64,000 nucleotides of DNA from Desulfomonilia bacterium (GTDB lineage Bacteria; Desulfobacterota; Desulfomonilia; UBA1062), in contig JBEKDT010000003.1 of NCBI GenBank assembly GCA_050014195.1, positions 206,204-270,203 of the forward strand. Direction: 5' to 3'. Position numbers and translations under genes: made by a program. Under the pieces are notes generated by a model. The model worked only from the letters and a program-made list of their open reading frames with translations. It was not told where the DNA came from and did not search any database. Below, one piece after another: positions 39,632 to 50,287 of the stretch (position 1 is the stretch's first letter; every line of letters begins with the position of its first letter).

Positions 39632-40342
39632 TTAAAGCATGAATTTACCCGCAGTGACAAGAAAGTATTCACCCATTGCAATAAAGATGCAACCAAAGAG
39701 CTTTTGGATACGGACCATCCATGGGCCCGACTTGGGAAGGCTTGTCAAAAGGGCTGTGAACGTACCCAGGAGTATGAGGATTGTCCCCATACCGAAGGCA
39801 AATACAAAGAGCAGGGCCATGCCAAAGACGATGTTCTGTTTTGTTGCCACATAACTCAAAAGCACGGCCAGTACGGGCGCGGAGCAGGGGCTCATGATAA
39901 TACCCGATGCGATGCCCAGGAGCAGCGCCCCGAGCATGCCTTTTCTTCGGGTAGTGAATATCGGGCTGCTGAAGAAGCGTGGCAGGGGGATAAAGAAGAC
40001 ATCAAGCATGGAGAGGCCCATGAGGATGAAGATATTTGCCACGACCAGGTTTGTCCATGGGTTGGTCTGGATGGTACCGAAAAAACTTCCCGTAAGCCCG
40101 GCGATGCTGCCTAAGACCATATATGTCAGCGATGTCCCGAGTACGTATACCAATGAAAGGAGAAAGCCGTTCATACGCGACCCCCTTCCCTGGGACCCAA
40201 TGAAAGAAACAGTAATGGGGATGAGGGGATACATGCATGGGGTGAAGCTGACGAGGACACCGCCGATATATGAAGAGAGAAGGGCAAGAAGCATAGATCC
40301 TTGAAGATATGTGTCAAGGCCGCTGGTCAGATTCTCAAACAT
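39632..40342 (-). CDS. CcdA/DsbD transmembrane electron carrier
   Basis: SFTPCMYPLIP and SPCSAP cysteines, LPKSGPWM. Confidence 0.9.
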   Translation of the reverse strand: MFENLTSGLDTYLQGSMLLALLSSYIGGVLVSFTPCMYPLIPITVSFIGSQGRGSRMNGFLLSLVYVLGTSLTYMVLGSIAGLTGSFFGTIQTNPWTNLVVANIFILMGLSMLDVFFIPLPRFFSSPIFTTRRKGMLGALLLGIASGIIMSPCSAPVLAVLLSYVATKQNIVFGMALLFVFAFGMGTILILLGTFTALLTSLPKSGPWMVRIQKLFGCIFIAMGEYFLVTAGKFML

Positions 40343-40513
40343 ATGGGCTCTTTTCGTAGCTTGTCAAAAGCGCTACTTCCAGAAACGAATCTACCACAAA
40401 GCAGACCTTTAAGGAATTCGATAAGAAATAGACCCATCATATATTCACACAGCAAGCGGCCTTTGGTCCTTCATCCTTTGCCGGTTTTGCTTATATAAAT
40501 AATAATTAAAGTA

Positions 40514-40550
40514 TTGACAGGAAGATTTGTTAATAGTAATTATTATCATT
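40514..40550 (+). promoter_or_regulatory. TTGACA -35 element and 19-bp Fur/PerR-type box
   Basis: TTGACA 40514-40519; AATAGTAAT-T-ATTATCATT 9-1-9 imperfect palindrome at 40532-40550 upstream of the Fur-family gene. Confidence 0.6.
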
Positions 40551-40599
40551 AAATAAATCGTTTTTGTTATTTCTCGAGATTTTAGCTATTGGTGATCAG

Positions 40600-41016
40600 A
40601 TGATAAAAAAACAACAGAGGATGACAAGGCAGAGGATGATTATCCTTGACGAATTAAGTAAGGTGAGAAGCCACCCCACGGCCTATGAAGTCTATGAGAT
40701 GGTCAGATCGAGACTCCCTCGGATCAGCCTCGGCACGGTGTATAGAAACCTTGAACATCTCTCTGCAAACGGGCAAATCCTGAGGCTCGACCTGGGACAA
40801 GGTCAGAGGAGATTTGATGCAGTAACGGATGATCATATGCATATCAGGTGCCTTTCCTGCGGTAGGGTAGATGATGTTCCCTTGAATCCATCCATGGAGA
40901 TAACTACTATTAAGGGCATTGTGAGGAACGATAGCGGTTATGAGGTCTTGGGTTGCGGGATGGACTTCCTGGGTATTTGTCCGAACTGTAAAAAGGCTGA
41001 ACGAACAAAAGATTAA
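40600..41016 (+). CDS. Fur-family regulator, PerR-like by context
   Basis: HPTA, SLGTVYRNL, HMHIRCLSC, CPNC; adjacent to rubrerythrin. Confidence 0.9.
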   Translation: MIKKQQRMTRQRMIILDELSKVRSHPTAYEVYEMVRSRLPRISLGTVYRNLEHLSANGQILRLDLGQGQRRFDAVTDDHMHIRCLSCGRVDDVPLNPSMEITTIKGIVRNDSGYEVLGCGMDFLGICPNCKKAERTKD

Positions 41017-41074
41017 TGGATCAAAGGTCTAATCACAAACAATAAAACGAATACTACTCTTAAGGAGGAACACC

Positions 41075-41650
41075 ATGGGAAAGTTAAAGGGCTCACGGAC
41101 GGAAAAGAATCTACTGGGCTCATTTGCCGGAGAATCCCAGGCTCGCAACCGCTACACATATTTTGCGAGCCAGGCCCGGAAAGAGGGCTTCATGCAGATA
41201 GCCGACATCTTCGAAGAGACCGCAAGCCAGGAGAAAGAGCACGCCAAGAGATTCTTTAAGTTTCTTGAAGGCGGAGAAGTGGAGATCCAGGCAAGCTTTC
41301 CTGCCGGCGTCGTCGGCACGACCCTGGAGAACCTTAAAGCGGCTGCTGCAGGGGAGCACTATGAGCAGTCAGAACTCTACCCGGGATTTGCCAAGACAGC
41401 CCGCGAGGAAGGTTTTGAAGTCATTGCAAAGGTCTGGGAGGCCGTCTCGGTGGCAGAGAGACAGCATGAGAAGCGCTATAAGGATCTTGCCGCCAATATC
41501 GAGGCGGGCAGGGTATTCAAGCGGGACAAATCAGCGGTATGGAGATGCCGCAACTGTGGGTACCTCTTTGAGGGGACCGATGCCCCTGCTGCTTGCCCGG
41601 CCTGCGCCCACCCGAAGGATTATTTCGAACTCCTCGGAGAGAACTGGTAA
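41075..41650 (+). CDS. rbr: Rubrerythrin
   Basis: FAGESQARNRY, EKEH, ERQH, CRNC...CPAC. Confidence 0.96.
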   Translation: MGKLKGSRTEKNLLGSFAGESQARNRYTYFASQARKEGFMQIADIFEETASQEKEHAKRFFKFLEGGEVEIQASFPAGVVGTTLENLKAAAAGEHYEQSELYPGFAKTAREEGFEVIAKVWEAVSVAERQHEKRYKDLAANIEAGRVFKRDKSAVWRCRNCGYLFEGTDAPAACPACAHPKDYFELLGENW

Positions 41651-41661
41651 AGACAAGCGCA

Positions 41662-41713
41662 GCAAGCCAAGCCCTGAGCACATATCGAAGATATTCCTTG
41701 GGGCTTGGTTTGT
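41662..41713 (+). other. Long hairpin 3' of rbr
   Basis: GCAAGCCAAGCCCTGAG pairs with CTTGGGGCTTGGTTTGT (17 bp with G-U pairs); inner ATATC-GAA-GATAT. Confidence 0.5.
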
Positions 41714-41857
41714 CCTTAGGCTTGATACCATGCTCATCGGCATATATCCCCCTACCCTGTATGCATGGACTAGGACTATGGGCACGCTGTGGTTTCCCGA
41801 GCTTTTGGATTTCTGTCCGCACGGCAATAGGGTGTGCCTCCCGATCCGGATAGTCTC

Positions 41858-42481
41858 TCAGATCCACTTCAAAAACCCCGCAAAGACGACCAGGGATACC
41901 GCGTTGATCGCGAAGAGCGTGCCGATGAAGAGCCTTTGTTTCTTAGGCGGCCAGTCATAGGCATAGAATGCCGCGAGGAAAAACGGTATATAGACCGTGA
42001 TGAAGACCGGGAAAGCCCCCCACCAGGGCCAGACCCAGACAAAGGCGGGCGTCTTGACCAGGAAGATCTCGAGGATCGAGGCGAAGGCGGCATTCCCGAT
42101 GGCAAAGACAAGACGGTTGTTGATGCCGAGAATTTTCATATTCGGGTCTTGCGGAAGGAGCTTGCTCAAGACAAGACCCGCAATGGAGAACATAAGACTG
42201 ATCTCCACGCCAACTCCCACCAGGATCAGAAACGCAGTGCCGGTGGGAACAGTCCAGAGTGCATGCCCGGAGAAGTGCTGGATCAGCGCATTGACGATCT
42301 CCACAAACCAGTGGACCATATACAATGATAGACCCGCTGCGATCCCCTTCCAGTTTTTCTGGGAGGCTTCGTTGATATAGACATAGAGCGTCAAGGCGAG
42401 AAGCGTGATCACATACCATTGGAAAGGGTTGCCTGATCTCAGGATGGAAAGCGCCATAGCCGTTGCTTCCGGGTTATTCAT
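41858..42481 (-). CDS. Hypothetical integral membrane protein (about 6 TM)
   Basis: Hydrophobic, Trp-rich 207-aa ORF filling the gap; family not recognised. Confidence 0.75.
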   Translation of the reverse strand: MNNPEATAMALSILRSGNPFQWYVITLLALTLYVYINEASQKNWKGIAAGLSLYMVHWFVEIVNALIQHFSGHALWTVPTGTAFLILVGVGVEISLMFSIAGLVLSKLLPQDPNMKILGINNRLVFAIGNAAFASILEIFLVKTPAFVWVWPWWGAFPVFITVYIPFFLAAFYAYDWPPKKQRLFIGTLFAINAVSLVVFAGFLKWI

Positions 42482-42614
42482 ACAAACCCCATCGAATTAC
42501 AAGATGAACAAATGATATTCTTGTTCAGTCATTCAGGCAAGTATGCTCATGAAAAAATATAGTCAAAGGGTAGTTTGCCAAGGCACGAACACCGATAAAA
42601 GAGTCTTGCATGCA

Positions 42615-43133
42615 TCAGCCAATTTTTTTTAAGGTATTTAGGTATTGCTTTACGAGCTCCACATACATCTGTTTGCCTGCCAGCATGACCTCTTGGTATT
42701 TTTCATTGATGTCGCCCTTTTCTATAGCAGGAGATCCTGCATAGAGCTTATAGTCTGGGACAACCTGGTTCTTCTTTACCAGAGAGTGCTCTGCAACAAT
42801 AGACCAGCACCCTACCTGGGCATTATCACCAAGGGTGGAGTTCATACCGATCACTGCATAGTCTTTGATGATACTGTTATGTACCATTGCCAAATGGCCG
42901 ATGGTCACCTGTTGTCCAATGGTGACAATGGAAGGTGTATGGATGACGACTCCATCTTCTATGGCGGTTTCATCACCGATGACGATAGTCCCGAAATCTC
43001 CCCTGAGAATAGAACAGGGGCCGATCCAGCAGTTCTTTCCTATACGCACGTCCCCTATTATCTCTGAGCTGGCGGCAATCCATGTCCCCGCGCCCACCTG
43101 AGGGGCTTTGCCTTTGAATTCGAAGATTGCCAT
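42615..43133 (-). CDS. Gamma carbonic anhydrase-like hexapeptide-repeat protein
   Basis: IIGDVRIG, LRGD, VIH, TIGH..VH His ligands, GSPA. Confidence 0.9.
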   Translation of the reverse strand: MAIFEFKGKAPQVGAGTWIAASSEIIGDVRIGKNCWIGPCSILRGDFGTIVIGDETAIEDGVVIHTPSIVTIGQQVTIGHLAMVHNSIIKDYAVIGMNSTLGDNAQVGCWSIVAEHSLVKKNQVVPDYKLYAGSPAIEKGDINEKYQEVMLAGKQMYVELVKQYLNTLKKIG

Positions 43134-43367
43134 AACTACCCCCGTCTCATGGTAAAGGTTTTTACCTATAGTAGCCTGTTTTGATCTCTGTTGTCACTGG
43201 CCATGATAATGACAGCGCAGTGTGAGATGAAACCGTATATGTCCCATAACTGCTTTTAAAGATAGATAATAAAATGACGATAAGGATTATATTCATCATA
43301 GGTTGTATTGAATTTCATAGGAGGCATTGGAACATAATGTTCCTGAAATATAAGGAGGGTATGAGTA

Positions 43368-45656
43368 ATGTATCATCCAGACCAAGGATACAGCGAATTG
43401 GTCTTAATAGATGATCAGCATTCCCGATTCTTAAAGCCAGCTAAGTTAGATCGTCTGAATAAGACTCACGTCCAAGGGGCATTTGTCCGCTCCGGTGCCA
43501 GTGTCCTCATCTGGCTGCTCACATTGGCAGCATACTGGGTCGGTGTAATCAGCAAGGCATCTTTTGAAGGTGCAAGCGTATTTAATGCCTATATCATCCT
43601 GATGAATATCCCCATGCTTGCGATGATGAGACGCATCAGGGGGAAAATGCTCTATGAGTTTTGTTCATATCTCATAAATATCTTTGAAATAATAGGTTAT
43701 ACCGGGTTTATTTATTTTGTTGGCGGGTTTCGGTCCACCTACCTGACACCTATTTATGCAGCAATGATCTTCTACGTGGGGGTTCAGGCCCCCATGCGTT
43801 ATCCGCTCATCATGGCATTTTTTTGCTCGTTGTCATTCTCTACCATGGTGACCCTGGAGCACTTCGGCTATATCCCTCATCAGAATATTATCTTCGAATA
43901 TAACTATCAATGGAACATGGTTCTCTTTATTCTCGGTATCTTTACCGTGGTACTCTTCGTGATCGCATTGATGGCATCCTACACGTCTAAAGTCCTCAGG
44001 ACGGCAAAAATAAAGCTCAAAAAAAATATCTTGGCTCTGGAGATGGCCAACAAGAAATTACGTCAGGAGATAGATGAGCGGATCAGGGTGGAGATGGCGC
44101 TTCGGGAGAGTGAGGAGAAGCTCCATGATATCTTTGAGAATGTGCCGGATGCCCTTTTTTCGCATGACCTGGAAGGGAACTTCATCGAGGTGAATGGAAG
44201 CTTCAAAAAGTCGTTCGAATTAAATGAAGACACCCCATTCCCTGCAAAGTTGAATATAAGGGATCTTATCCCTGACAAGTATAAGGCATTGGCAGATAAA
44301 TATCTCATCGAGGTCATTCAAAAGGCCAAGAGCGAGGGACTTATCAGCATCATGACTATAAGTGGTAAGGAGCGGATCTTTGAGTACAGGAACTCGCTCA
44401 TCAGAGAAGAAAGCGGTATCCCAAGAGGGGTTCGAGGCTCAGCGCGTGATATAACAGAGAGACTGATTGCCGAACGGGAAAGGCTGAAACTCCAGGACCA
44501 ACTCCAACGGGCACAAAAGATGGAGGCCCTTGGCCTGTTAGCCGGAGGTGTCGCACATGACCTGAACAACATTCTCTCAGGTTTGGTGAGCTATCCCGAA
44601 CTCCTGTTGATGGAAATCCCTGAAGATAGCCCATTAAGAAAACCGCTGGTCACAATCCAGAAGTCGGGAGAGAAGGCCGCCTCCATTGTGCAGGACCTCC
44701 TTACCTTAACCAGAAGAGGGGTACCCATATCAGAGGTGCTGAATATAAACCAAGTCATCAACGAATATTTGGTAAGCCTTGAGCATGAACGCATCATGAC
44801 CATGAACCCCTGCATAGATGTCGAGGTATCCTTAGGACCTGATCTGATGAACATTATGGGATCACCGGTACACCTGTTCAAGTCCGTCATGAACCTGGTG
44901 GCTAATGCCGTGGAGTCCATGCCTTATGGCGGTACAATCACCATAGCTACAGCGAATAAATATATCGACAGACCTTTGCAGGGATACGATACCGTTGAAA
45001 AGGGCGATTACGTCATCCTGACCATTACTGATACAGGAACAGGTATGAGCGAACAGGATCGGCTACGCATCTTTGAGCCGTTCTATACCAAGAAGGCTAT
45101 GGGTAGGAGCGGCACCGGACTGGGCATGTCGGTTGTATGGGGCACGGTAAAAGATCATCATGGGTACTTGGAAGTACAGAGTGAACCTGGGATCGGTTCC
45201 ACCTTTACCCTATACTTCATTTCTACATCGGAGCAGATTTCGCAGCATGATGATCAATTCCCCATTGATGAATATAAGGGCAATGGCGAAAAGATTCTTG
45301 TGGTGGATGATGTGAAGGAACAGCGGGAGATTGCCACAAAGATCCTTGAACGTCTTGGGTATCATGTAGAGACGGTTTCGAGCGGCGAAGAGGCCCTGGA
45401 ATTCATCAAAGATAATGGTGTTGATCTGCTGGTCCTGGATATGATCATGAACCCTGGAATCGACGGGCTTGAGACCTACAAGCGGGTCCTCAAGATCAAC
45501 CCATCCATGAAGGCAGTGATCGCAAGCGGATATTCCGAGACCGACAGGGTGAAAGAGGCCATGGAGATGGGTGCGGTTTCGTATATCAAGAAACCCTATC
45601 TCTTCCAGAAGATCGGCGTGGCAGTAAAAGAGGCACTTGCCCGTAAGGCGGCTTGA
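43368..45656 (+). CDS. Membrane hybrid sensor kinase (TM-PAS-HisKA-HATPase-REC)
   Basis: AGGVAHDLNN, NLVANA, DTGTGM, FEPFYTKK, GTGLGM, LVVDD...LDM...KP. Confidence 0.93.
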   Translation: MYHPDQGYSELVLIDDQHSRFLKPAKLDRLNKTHVQGAFVRSGASVLIWLLTLAAYWVGVISKASFEGASVFNAYIILMNIPMLAMMRRIRGKMLYEFCSYLINIFEIIGYTGFIYFVGGFRSTYLTPIYAAMIFYVGVQAPMRYPLIMAFFCSLSFSTMVTLEHFGYIPHQNIIFEYNYQWNMVLFILGIFTVVLFVIALMASYTSKVLRTAKIKLKKNILALEMANKKLRQEIDERIRVEMALRESEEKLHDIFENVPDALFSHDLEGNFIEVNGSFKKSFELNEDTPFPAKLNIRDLIPDKYKALADKYLIEVIQKAKSEGLISIMTISGKERIFEYRNSLIREESGIPRGVRGSARDITERLIAERERLKLQDQLQRAQKMEALGLLAGGVAHDLNNILSGLVSYPELLLMEIPEDSPLRKPLVTIQKSGEKAASIVQDLLTLTRRGVPISEVLNINQVINEYLVSLEHERIMTMNPCIDVEVSLGPDLMNIMGSPVHLFKSVMNLVANAVESMPYGGTITIATANKYIDRPLQGYDTVEKGDYVILTITDTGTGMSEQDRLRIFEPFYTKKAMGRSGTGLGMSVVWGTVKDHHGYLEVQSEPGIGSTFTLYFISTSEQISQHDDQFPIDEYKGNGEKILVVDDVKEQREIATKILERLGYHVETVSSGEEALEFIKDNGVDLLVLDMIMNPGIDGLETYKRVLKINPSMKAVIASGYSETDRVKEAMEMGAVSYIKKPYLFQKIGVAVKEALARKAA

Positions 45657-45726
45657 TCTTTGGTAGTATATTCCCACCACGATATATCTAAATGATGCCT
45701 GGATCCCTCCCTGAATTGAGACCATG

Positions 45727-46704
45727 TTAAAACAAGCTTCTCATAAGTGAGAAGCCCTTAAACTCATCGATCATAATGGGTATGAATGTAGTGAGATCCT
45801 CCACGATGCAGTAGTGGGCCACACGGAAGATGGCTGCATTCGGATCACTGTTGACGGCCACGATGTTCTGGGATTTCTTCATACCCGAGACATGTTGGAT
45901 GGCACCCGAGATGCCGCAGGCGATGTAAAGCTTCGGCGAGACGGTCTGTCCTGTGGTGCCGATCTGGTGAGAGTATTCGAGCCATCCCGAATCGCATACC
46001 GAACGAGAAGCCCCCACTGCAGACCGAGGGAAGATCGCTGCCAATTCATTTATCAGAGATACGTTTTCCTTTTTCCCCACACCCCTGCCTGCGGCAACGA
46101 TCACCTCGGCATCCTTAAGATTGCTGTCGCGGTGTTCGACTTCCTTGATACCCAGCGTCTTGGACTTCAGGTGAGGCACAGATGCCTGAAGCATTTGTAT
46201 TGATCCCGGAGAGTTGCTTTCCGAAACAGAAGCAGGGAACGCTCCAGGGAGAACGGTGACAACAATGGAGGGGGTCTCCGGGATGATGTCAGCCATGAAT
46301 CGCCCTTGGCATAAGGCCCGGCTCAAGATATTTCCCTGAATCTTTTCCACGGAAGTGATGCACGCAGCATTGAGTTTTACTGCAATCCTCGGGGCGAGAT
46401 CATATCCCGTGGATGTATGGGCCAGGCATATCCAAGATGGGTTGTCTTTGGGGAGAATAGCTAAAATTGCATCTGAGTAGGCTTGGGTATTGTAGAGATT
46501 CAGGTGGTCGCTCGTAACGGATAGTACGTTGCATCCGGTTTTTTCTGCGAGCTCTTTGGCCTGGGTCTCATTATTCCTCCCAAGGATAATGACTGTCGGC
46601 AGCCGCCCTCCTGATAGTTCTTCGGCAAAGGTAATGAGCTCGTAGGTTTCCGGAGTAATGCAGCCCTGGTCTGATTCAGCGATGAGATAGATATCCTTTT
46701 TCAT
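45727..46704 (-). CDS. etfA: Electron transfer flavoprotein alpha subunit
   Basis: VAAGRG, QIGTTG.TVSPKLYIACGISGAIQH. Confidence 0.95.
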   Translation of the reverse strand: MKKDIYLIAESDQGCITPETYELITFAEELSGGRLPTVIILGRNNETQAKELAEKTGCNVLSVTSDHLNLYNTQAYSDAILAILPKDNPSWICLAHTSTGYDLAPRIAVKLNAACITSVEKIQGNILSRALCQGRFMADIIPETPSIVVTVLPGAFPASVSESNSPGSIQMLQASVPHLKSKTLGIKEVEHRDSNLKDAEVIVAAGRGVGKKENVSLINELAAIFPRSAVGASRSVCDSGWLEYSHQIGTTGQTVSPKLYIACGISGAIQHVSGMKKSQNIVAVNSDPNAAIFRVAHYCIVEDLTTFIPIMIDEFKGFSLMRSLF

Positions 46705-46715
46705 AGACTTTTCCG

Positions 46716-47495
46716 TTAGAGGAGCAATGATTTCTCATGGAGAGCTTGAAGGAGCTTGCGGGCTTTTTCACGCGAAGACCCTTCGATGAATATCCCCAAA
46801 GAAGTGGAATCCGGAAGCCTCACCCCCTTGCATCGCTCCCTTGTCTCCGATAAAGGAAGATCTTCTGATCTCATGACCTCCTGCTTCTGGATTCTTGCCC
46901 GCATGACGTTTGAGAGAGATGGGTATCTGGGTGTATTGATCCCGGGTTGAATGGTCAGCACCGCAGGTATTTCGAGCCGGACGGAAAGCCTTCGGCCACC
47001 TTCAATCTCTCGATCTACCATGATCGTGCTGTCTTCAGGCCGGATCTGCGTTTTGATAACAGAAGTAGCACAGGGCTTGTCCAGGAGCGCTGCAATGAGC
47101 TGGCCGGTCTGGCACGCCATATCATCCTCGGCCATGACGCCTGTCATGATCAGGTCATAGCCTTTATCGCGAGCATAGGCAGCAATGAGGGATGCAACAG
47201 CAAAGGGGCTGATATAGCCTTCGGATGGGTCTAAAATGTGGATGCCGTAATCAGCGCCCATCTCCAGGGCCCGCCGTATGGTGGAGCCCACACGTTCCGG
47301 CCCCACAGACAGTGTATGGACAACGGTCCGAACATAGTGCTCCTTGATAAGGAGTGCTTCTTCAAGGGCGAACTCGTCGAACTTGTTCATCCTGAATACT
47401 GTTAGGGGCTTGTACGATAGCCATCCGGTCCGCTCATCAAGAGCAAGTGTATCGCCTGAATCAGGGACCTGTTTGACGCACACAAGGATCTTCAC
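46716..47495 (-). CDS. etfB: Electron transfer flavoprotein beta subunit
   Basis: KILVCVKQVPD, ALEEAL, ALEMGAD, NTPRYPS; GTG start with GAGGAG. Confidence 0.93.
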   Translation of the reverse strand: MKILVCVKQVPDSGDTLALDERTGWLSYKPLTVFRMNKFDEFALEEALLIKEHYVRTVVHTLSVGPERVGSTIRRALEMGADYGIHILDPSEGYISPFAVASLIAAYARDKGYDLIMTGVMAEDDMACQTGQLIAALLDKPCATSVIKTQIRPEDSTIMVDREIEGGRRLSVRLEIPAVLTIQPGINTPRYPSLSNVMRARIQKQEVMRSEDLPLSETRERCKGVRLPDSTSLGIFIEGSSREKARKLLQALHEKSLLL

Positions 47496-47623
47496 CCTTT
47501 TAGATCTCCTCGGTTTTATTGTAGTATGAAATAGCTCAAGGGGAATGAGAATGCAAGTTAAAATAACGAGCGCTCGCTCTTTAATTCCTTGACAAAGATT
47601 CTCCCTCTTGCTATCGTTTCGGT

Positions 47624-48334
47624 ATGAGCATGATTTATCTGATCCGCCACGGCCAGGCATCCTTTGGTCATGACAACTACGACAGGCTTTCTCCCCTTGG
47701 CATCAGGCAGGCCCGTATCCTGGCCCGACACCTCTTCGATACCGGCTTTCAACCCGATGCGGTTTATTCAGGGACCATGGCCCGCCAAAAGGATACGGCA
47801 GAAGAGATGCTTGCCATCTACCGGTCAGGTGGTGGAAATCTGCCGGAACCGGAACAAGTGGGTGGTTTCAACGAGTATGATACCACCGCCATTGTGACCG
47901 CCATGTTTCCTTTTATGGTCAATGATGACCCATCTTTAAACGAGGAGCTGCCGAAGATGTATGCCAGCAAGGCATCATTCAAGAGGGTCTTCGAGACTGC
48001 CATGCTCAGGTGGGTAACCGGGAAATTTGACACATCTGAGATAGAGAGCTGGAAAGAACTCAAGGCCCGTGTTGGTGAGTCCCTGAAAGCCGTCATGGCC
48101 AGGCACGGTAAGGGCAAGACAATCGCGATTTTTACCTCGGGCGGCGCGATTGCCGCATCGCTGGCCTATGTGCTTGGCATCCCCGGTGATTATGCCATGA
48201 GGCTGAACTGGCAGATCATCAATACCTCGATATCGCGTTATATGTATAACGAAGAAAGGATCACCCTGGCGGGGTTCAATTCCATTGCCCATCTTGAGCT
48301 CACCCGTGATCCAGCACTCATCACCTACCGGTGA
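47624..48334 (+). CDS. Histidine phosphatase (phosphoglycerate mutase family)
   Basis: YLIRHGQASFG..NYD.LS..G..Q, FNEYD, FTSGG. Confidence 0.9.
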   Translation: MSMIYLIRHGQASFGHDNYDRLSPLGIRQARILARHLFDTGFQPDAVYSGTMARQKDTAEEMLAIYRSGGGNLPEPEQVGGFNEYDTTAIVTAMFPFMVNDDPSLNEELPKMYASKASFKRVFETAMLRWVTGKFDTSEIESWKELKARVGESLKAVMARHGKGKTIAIFTSGGAIAASLAYVLGIPGDYAMRLNWQIINTSISRYMYNEERITLAGFNSIAHLELTRDPALITYR

Positions 48335-48362
48335 TGAATTAAACTTATAAAGGAGTGCGCCC

Positions 48363-49571
48363 ATGGATTTCGAAGTCCCGGATAAGATAAAGGCCATAAC
48401 AGGCATGATGGACGAGTTTGTGGACAAGGAGCTTATCCCTCTGGAACCGGAGTTTCTCCATAAGACCTTCAGGGAGATGCTGCCGGTGCTCAATCAAAAG
48501 AGGGAGATGGTTAAAAAGATGGAGCTCTGGGCCCCGAACCATCCGAAAGAGTACGGTGGAATGGGGCTTGACCTCGTGGAGCATGCCTTTGTCTCCGAGT
48601 CGCTCGGCAGAAGCCCGATCGGGCACTTTGTCTTCAATTGCCAGGCCCCGGATGCAGGAAACATCGAGATCCTCCACCTGCACGGATCTAAGGAGCAGAA
48701 AGAGAAATATTTAAGGCCGCTGATCGAGGGCAAGATCAGGAGCTGTTTTTCCATGACCGAGGTGGAGATGCCCGGCTCCAACCCCGTGATGATGGACACT
48801 ACTGCAGTCAAGGACGGGGATGACTATATCATCAATGGACAGAAGTGGTACTCCACTGCTGCCGACGGCTCAGCCTTCTCCATAGTCATGGCTGTGACCA
48901 ACCCGGAAGCCCCTGCGTACATGCAGGCGAGCATGATTATCGTGCCGACGGATACCAAGGGGTTCAATCTGGTCAGGAATATCCCGGTCATGGGACATGC
49001 GGGTGATGATTATGCCTCCCACGGCGAGATCCTGTTCCAGTCGTGCCGTGTCCCGCAGAAGAACCTCCTGGGACCGGAAGGTTACGGCTTCATCATTGCC
49101 CAGGAGCGCCTTGGCCCCGGCCGAATCCATCACTGCATGCGATGGATCGGCATCTGCAACCGTGCATTTGACCTCATGTGCTCCCGGGCACAAAAACGCA
49201 TCATCCAGCCCGACGGCAAGACTCTGGCAACCAAGCAGATCATCCAGGCATGGATTGCCGAGTGTGCGGCAAATATCCAGGCCGCCCGCCTCATGACGCT
49301 CAATGCCGCATGGAAGATAGATAAGCTCGGCGCAAAGGCAGCCCGCTATGATGTGTCTTTCATTAAATTCTTCGTGGCGAATGTCATGCAGGAGGTCATC
49401 GACAAGGCCTTGCAGGTTCACGGCGGCATGGGCATGACGGATGACACCATCATCGCATATTTCTACCGCCATGAGCGCGCTGCCCGCATCTATGACGGTG
49501 CGGATGAGGTCCACAAGATGTCCGTGGCCAAGAGGATCCTCAGGGATTATGAGGGAAAGACTGTCCGTTAG
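48363..49571 (+). CDS. Acyl-CoA dehydrogenase, ACAD10/11 or LvaC-like
   Basis: NCQAPDAGN, RSCFSMTE, QERLGPGRIHHCMR, RIYDGADEVH (Asp in place of the usual catalytic Glu). Confidence 0.9.
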   Translation: MDFEVPDKIKAITGMMDEFVDKELIPLEPEFLHKTFREMLPVLNQKREMVKKMELWAPNHPKEYGGMGLDLVEHAFVSESLGRSPIGHFVFNCQAPDAGNIEILHLHGSKEQKEKYLRPLIEGKIRSCFSMTEVEMPGSNPVMMDTTAVKDGDDYIINGQKWYSTAADGSAFSIVMAVTNPEAPAYMQASMIIVPTDTKGFNLVRNIPVMGHAGDDYASHGEILFQSCRVPQKNLLGPEGYGFIIAQERLGPGRIHHCMRWIGICNRAFDLMCSRAQKRIIQPDGKTLATKQIIQAWIAECAANIQAARLMTLNAAWKIDKLGAKAARYDVSFIKFFVANVMQEVIDKALQVHGGMGMTDDTIIAYFYRHERAARIYDGADEVHKMSVAKRILRDYEGKTVR

Positions 49572-50270
49572 ATGGAAAAAGATCTGAAGTTTGATGCATT
49601 CAAAGATGTTCTCTCTTTAACCATGGAGGACATGTCCCGGGAGCTCTTCCAGGGCAACAGGGAAACCATCAAGATCAAGAAGGAAGGGGTGGCGGTCAAG
49701 AACCTCGTCAAGATACTGAATGCAGCCCTGAATCTGAGTAACGAAAAGGGCTTTGCAGCCATGAGCCTGAGGGATTTGAGTGCAGCGGCGGGCTTAAGCA
49801 TGGGTGCTCTTTACACCTACTTTACCAGTAAGGAAGAGCTTCTTCACATGATCCAGCGACAGTCAAACGTTGTTGCACAGGTACTCTTGGACCAGATAAA
49901 GGGCATTGATAATCCGCGCATGAAGCTCAGGCGTGTGATCCAGGCCCATCTCTACTTGAGCGAGGTCATGCAGCAGTGGTTCTACTTCGCCTATATGGAA
50001 GCCAAAAACCTGGCCAAGGAAGAGCAGAAGAAGGCTATCGAATCCGAACTCTTGACGGAAAAGATCCTCATCGACATCATGAAGGAAGGCCAGGAGAAGG
50101 GGGTCTTTAAGGCAGCCAATATAGAGCTTACCGGGGCAGTGATCAAGGCCATGCTCCAGGACTGGTACCTGAAACGGTGGAAATACGCACGGAGAAAGGT
50201 TACGGTTGAAAAATACGCCGCGTTCCTTGTTGATCTCATTGAGTCGTACCTTACAGCACCGCAATCATGA
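49572..50270 (+). CDS. TetR-family regulator
   Basis: GFAAMSLRDLSAAAGLSMGALYTYFTSKEEL. Confidence 0.92.
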   Translation: MEKDLKFDAFKDVLSLTMEDMSRELFQGNRETIKIKKEGVAVKNLVKILNAALNLSNEKGFAAMSLRDLSAAAGLSMGALYTYFTSKEELLHMIQRQSNVVAQVLLDQIKGIDNPRMKLRRVIQAHLYLSEVMQQWFYFAYMEAKNLAKEEQKKAIESELLTEKILIDIMKEGQEKGVFKAANIELTGAVIKAMLQDWYLKRWKYARRKVTVEKYAAFLVDLIESYLTAPQS

Positions 50271-50287
50271 GGCAGAAAGGGGAGCCA

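Noticed and set aside
41265-41960. 231-aa ORF overlapping rbr
   Set aside because: Alternative frame spanning two real genes; no RBS or motifs.
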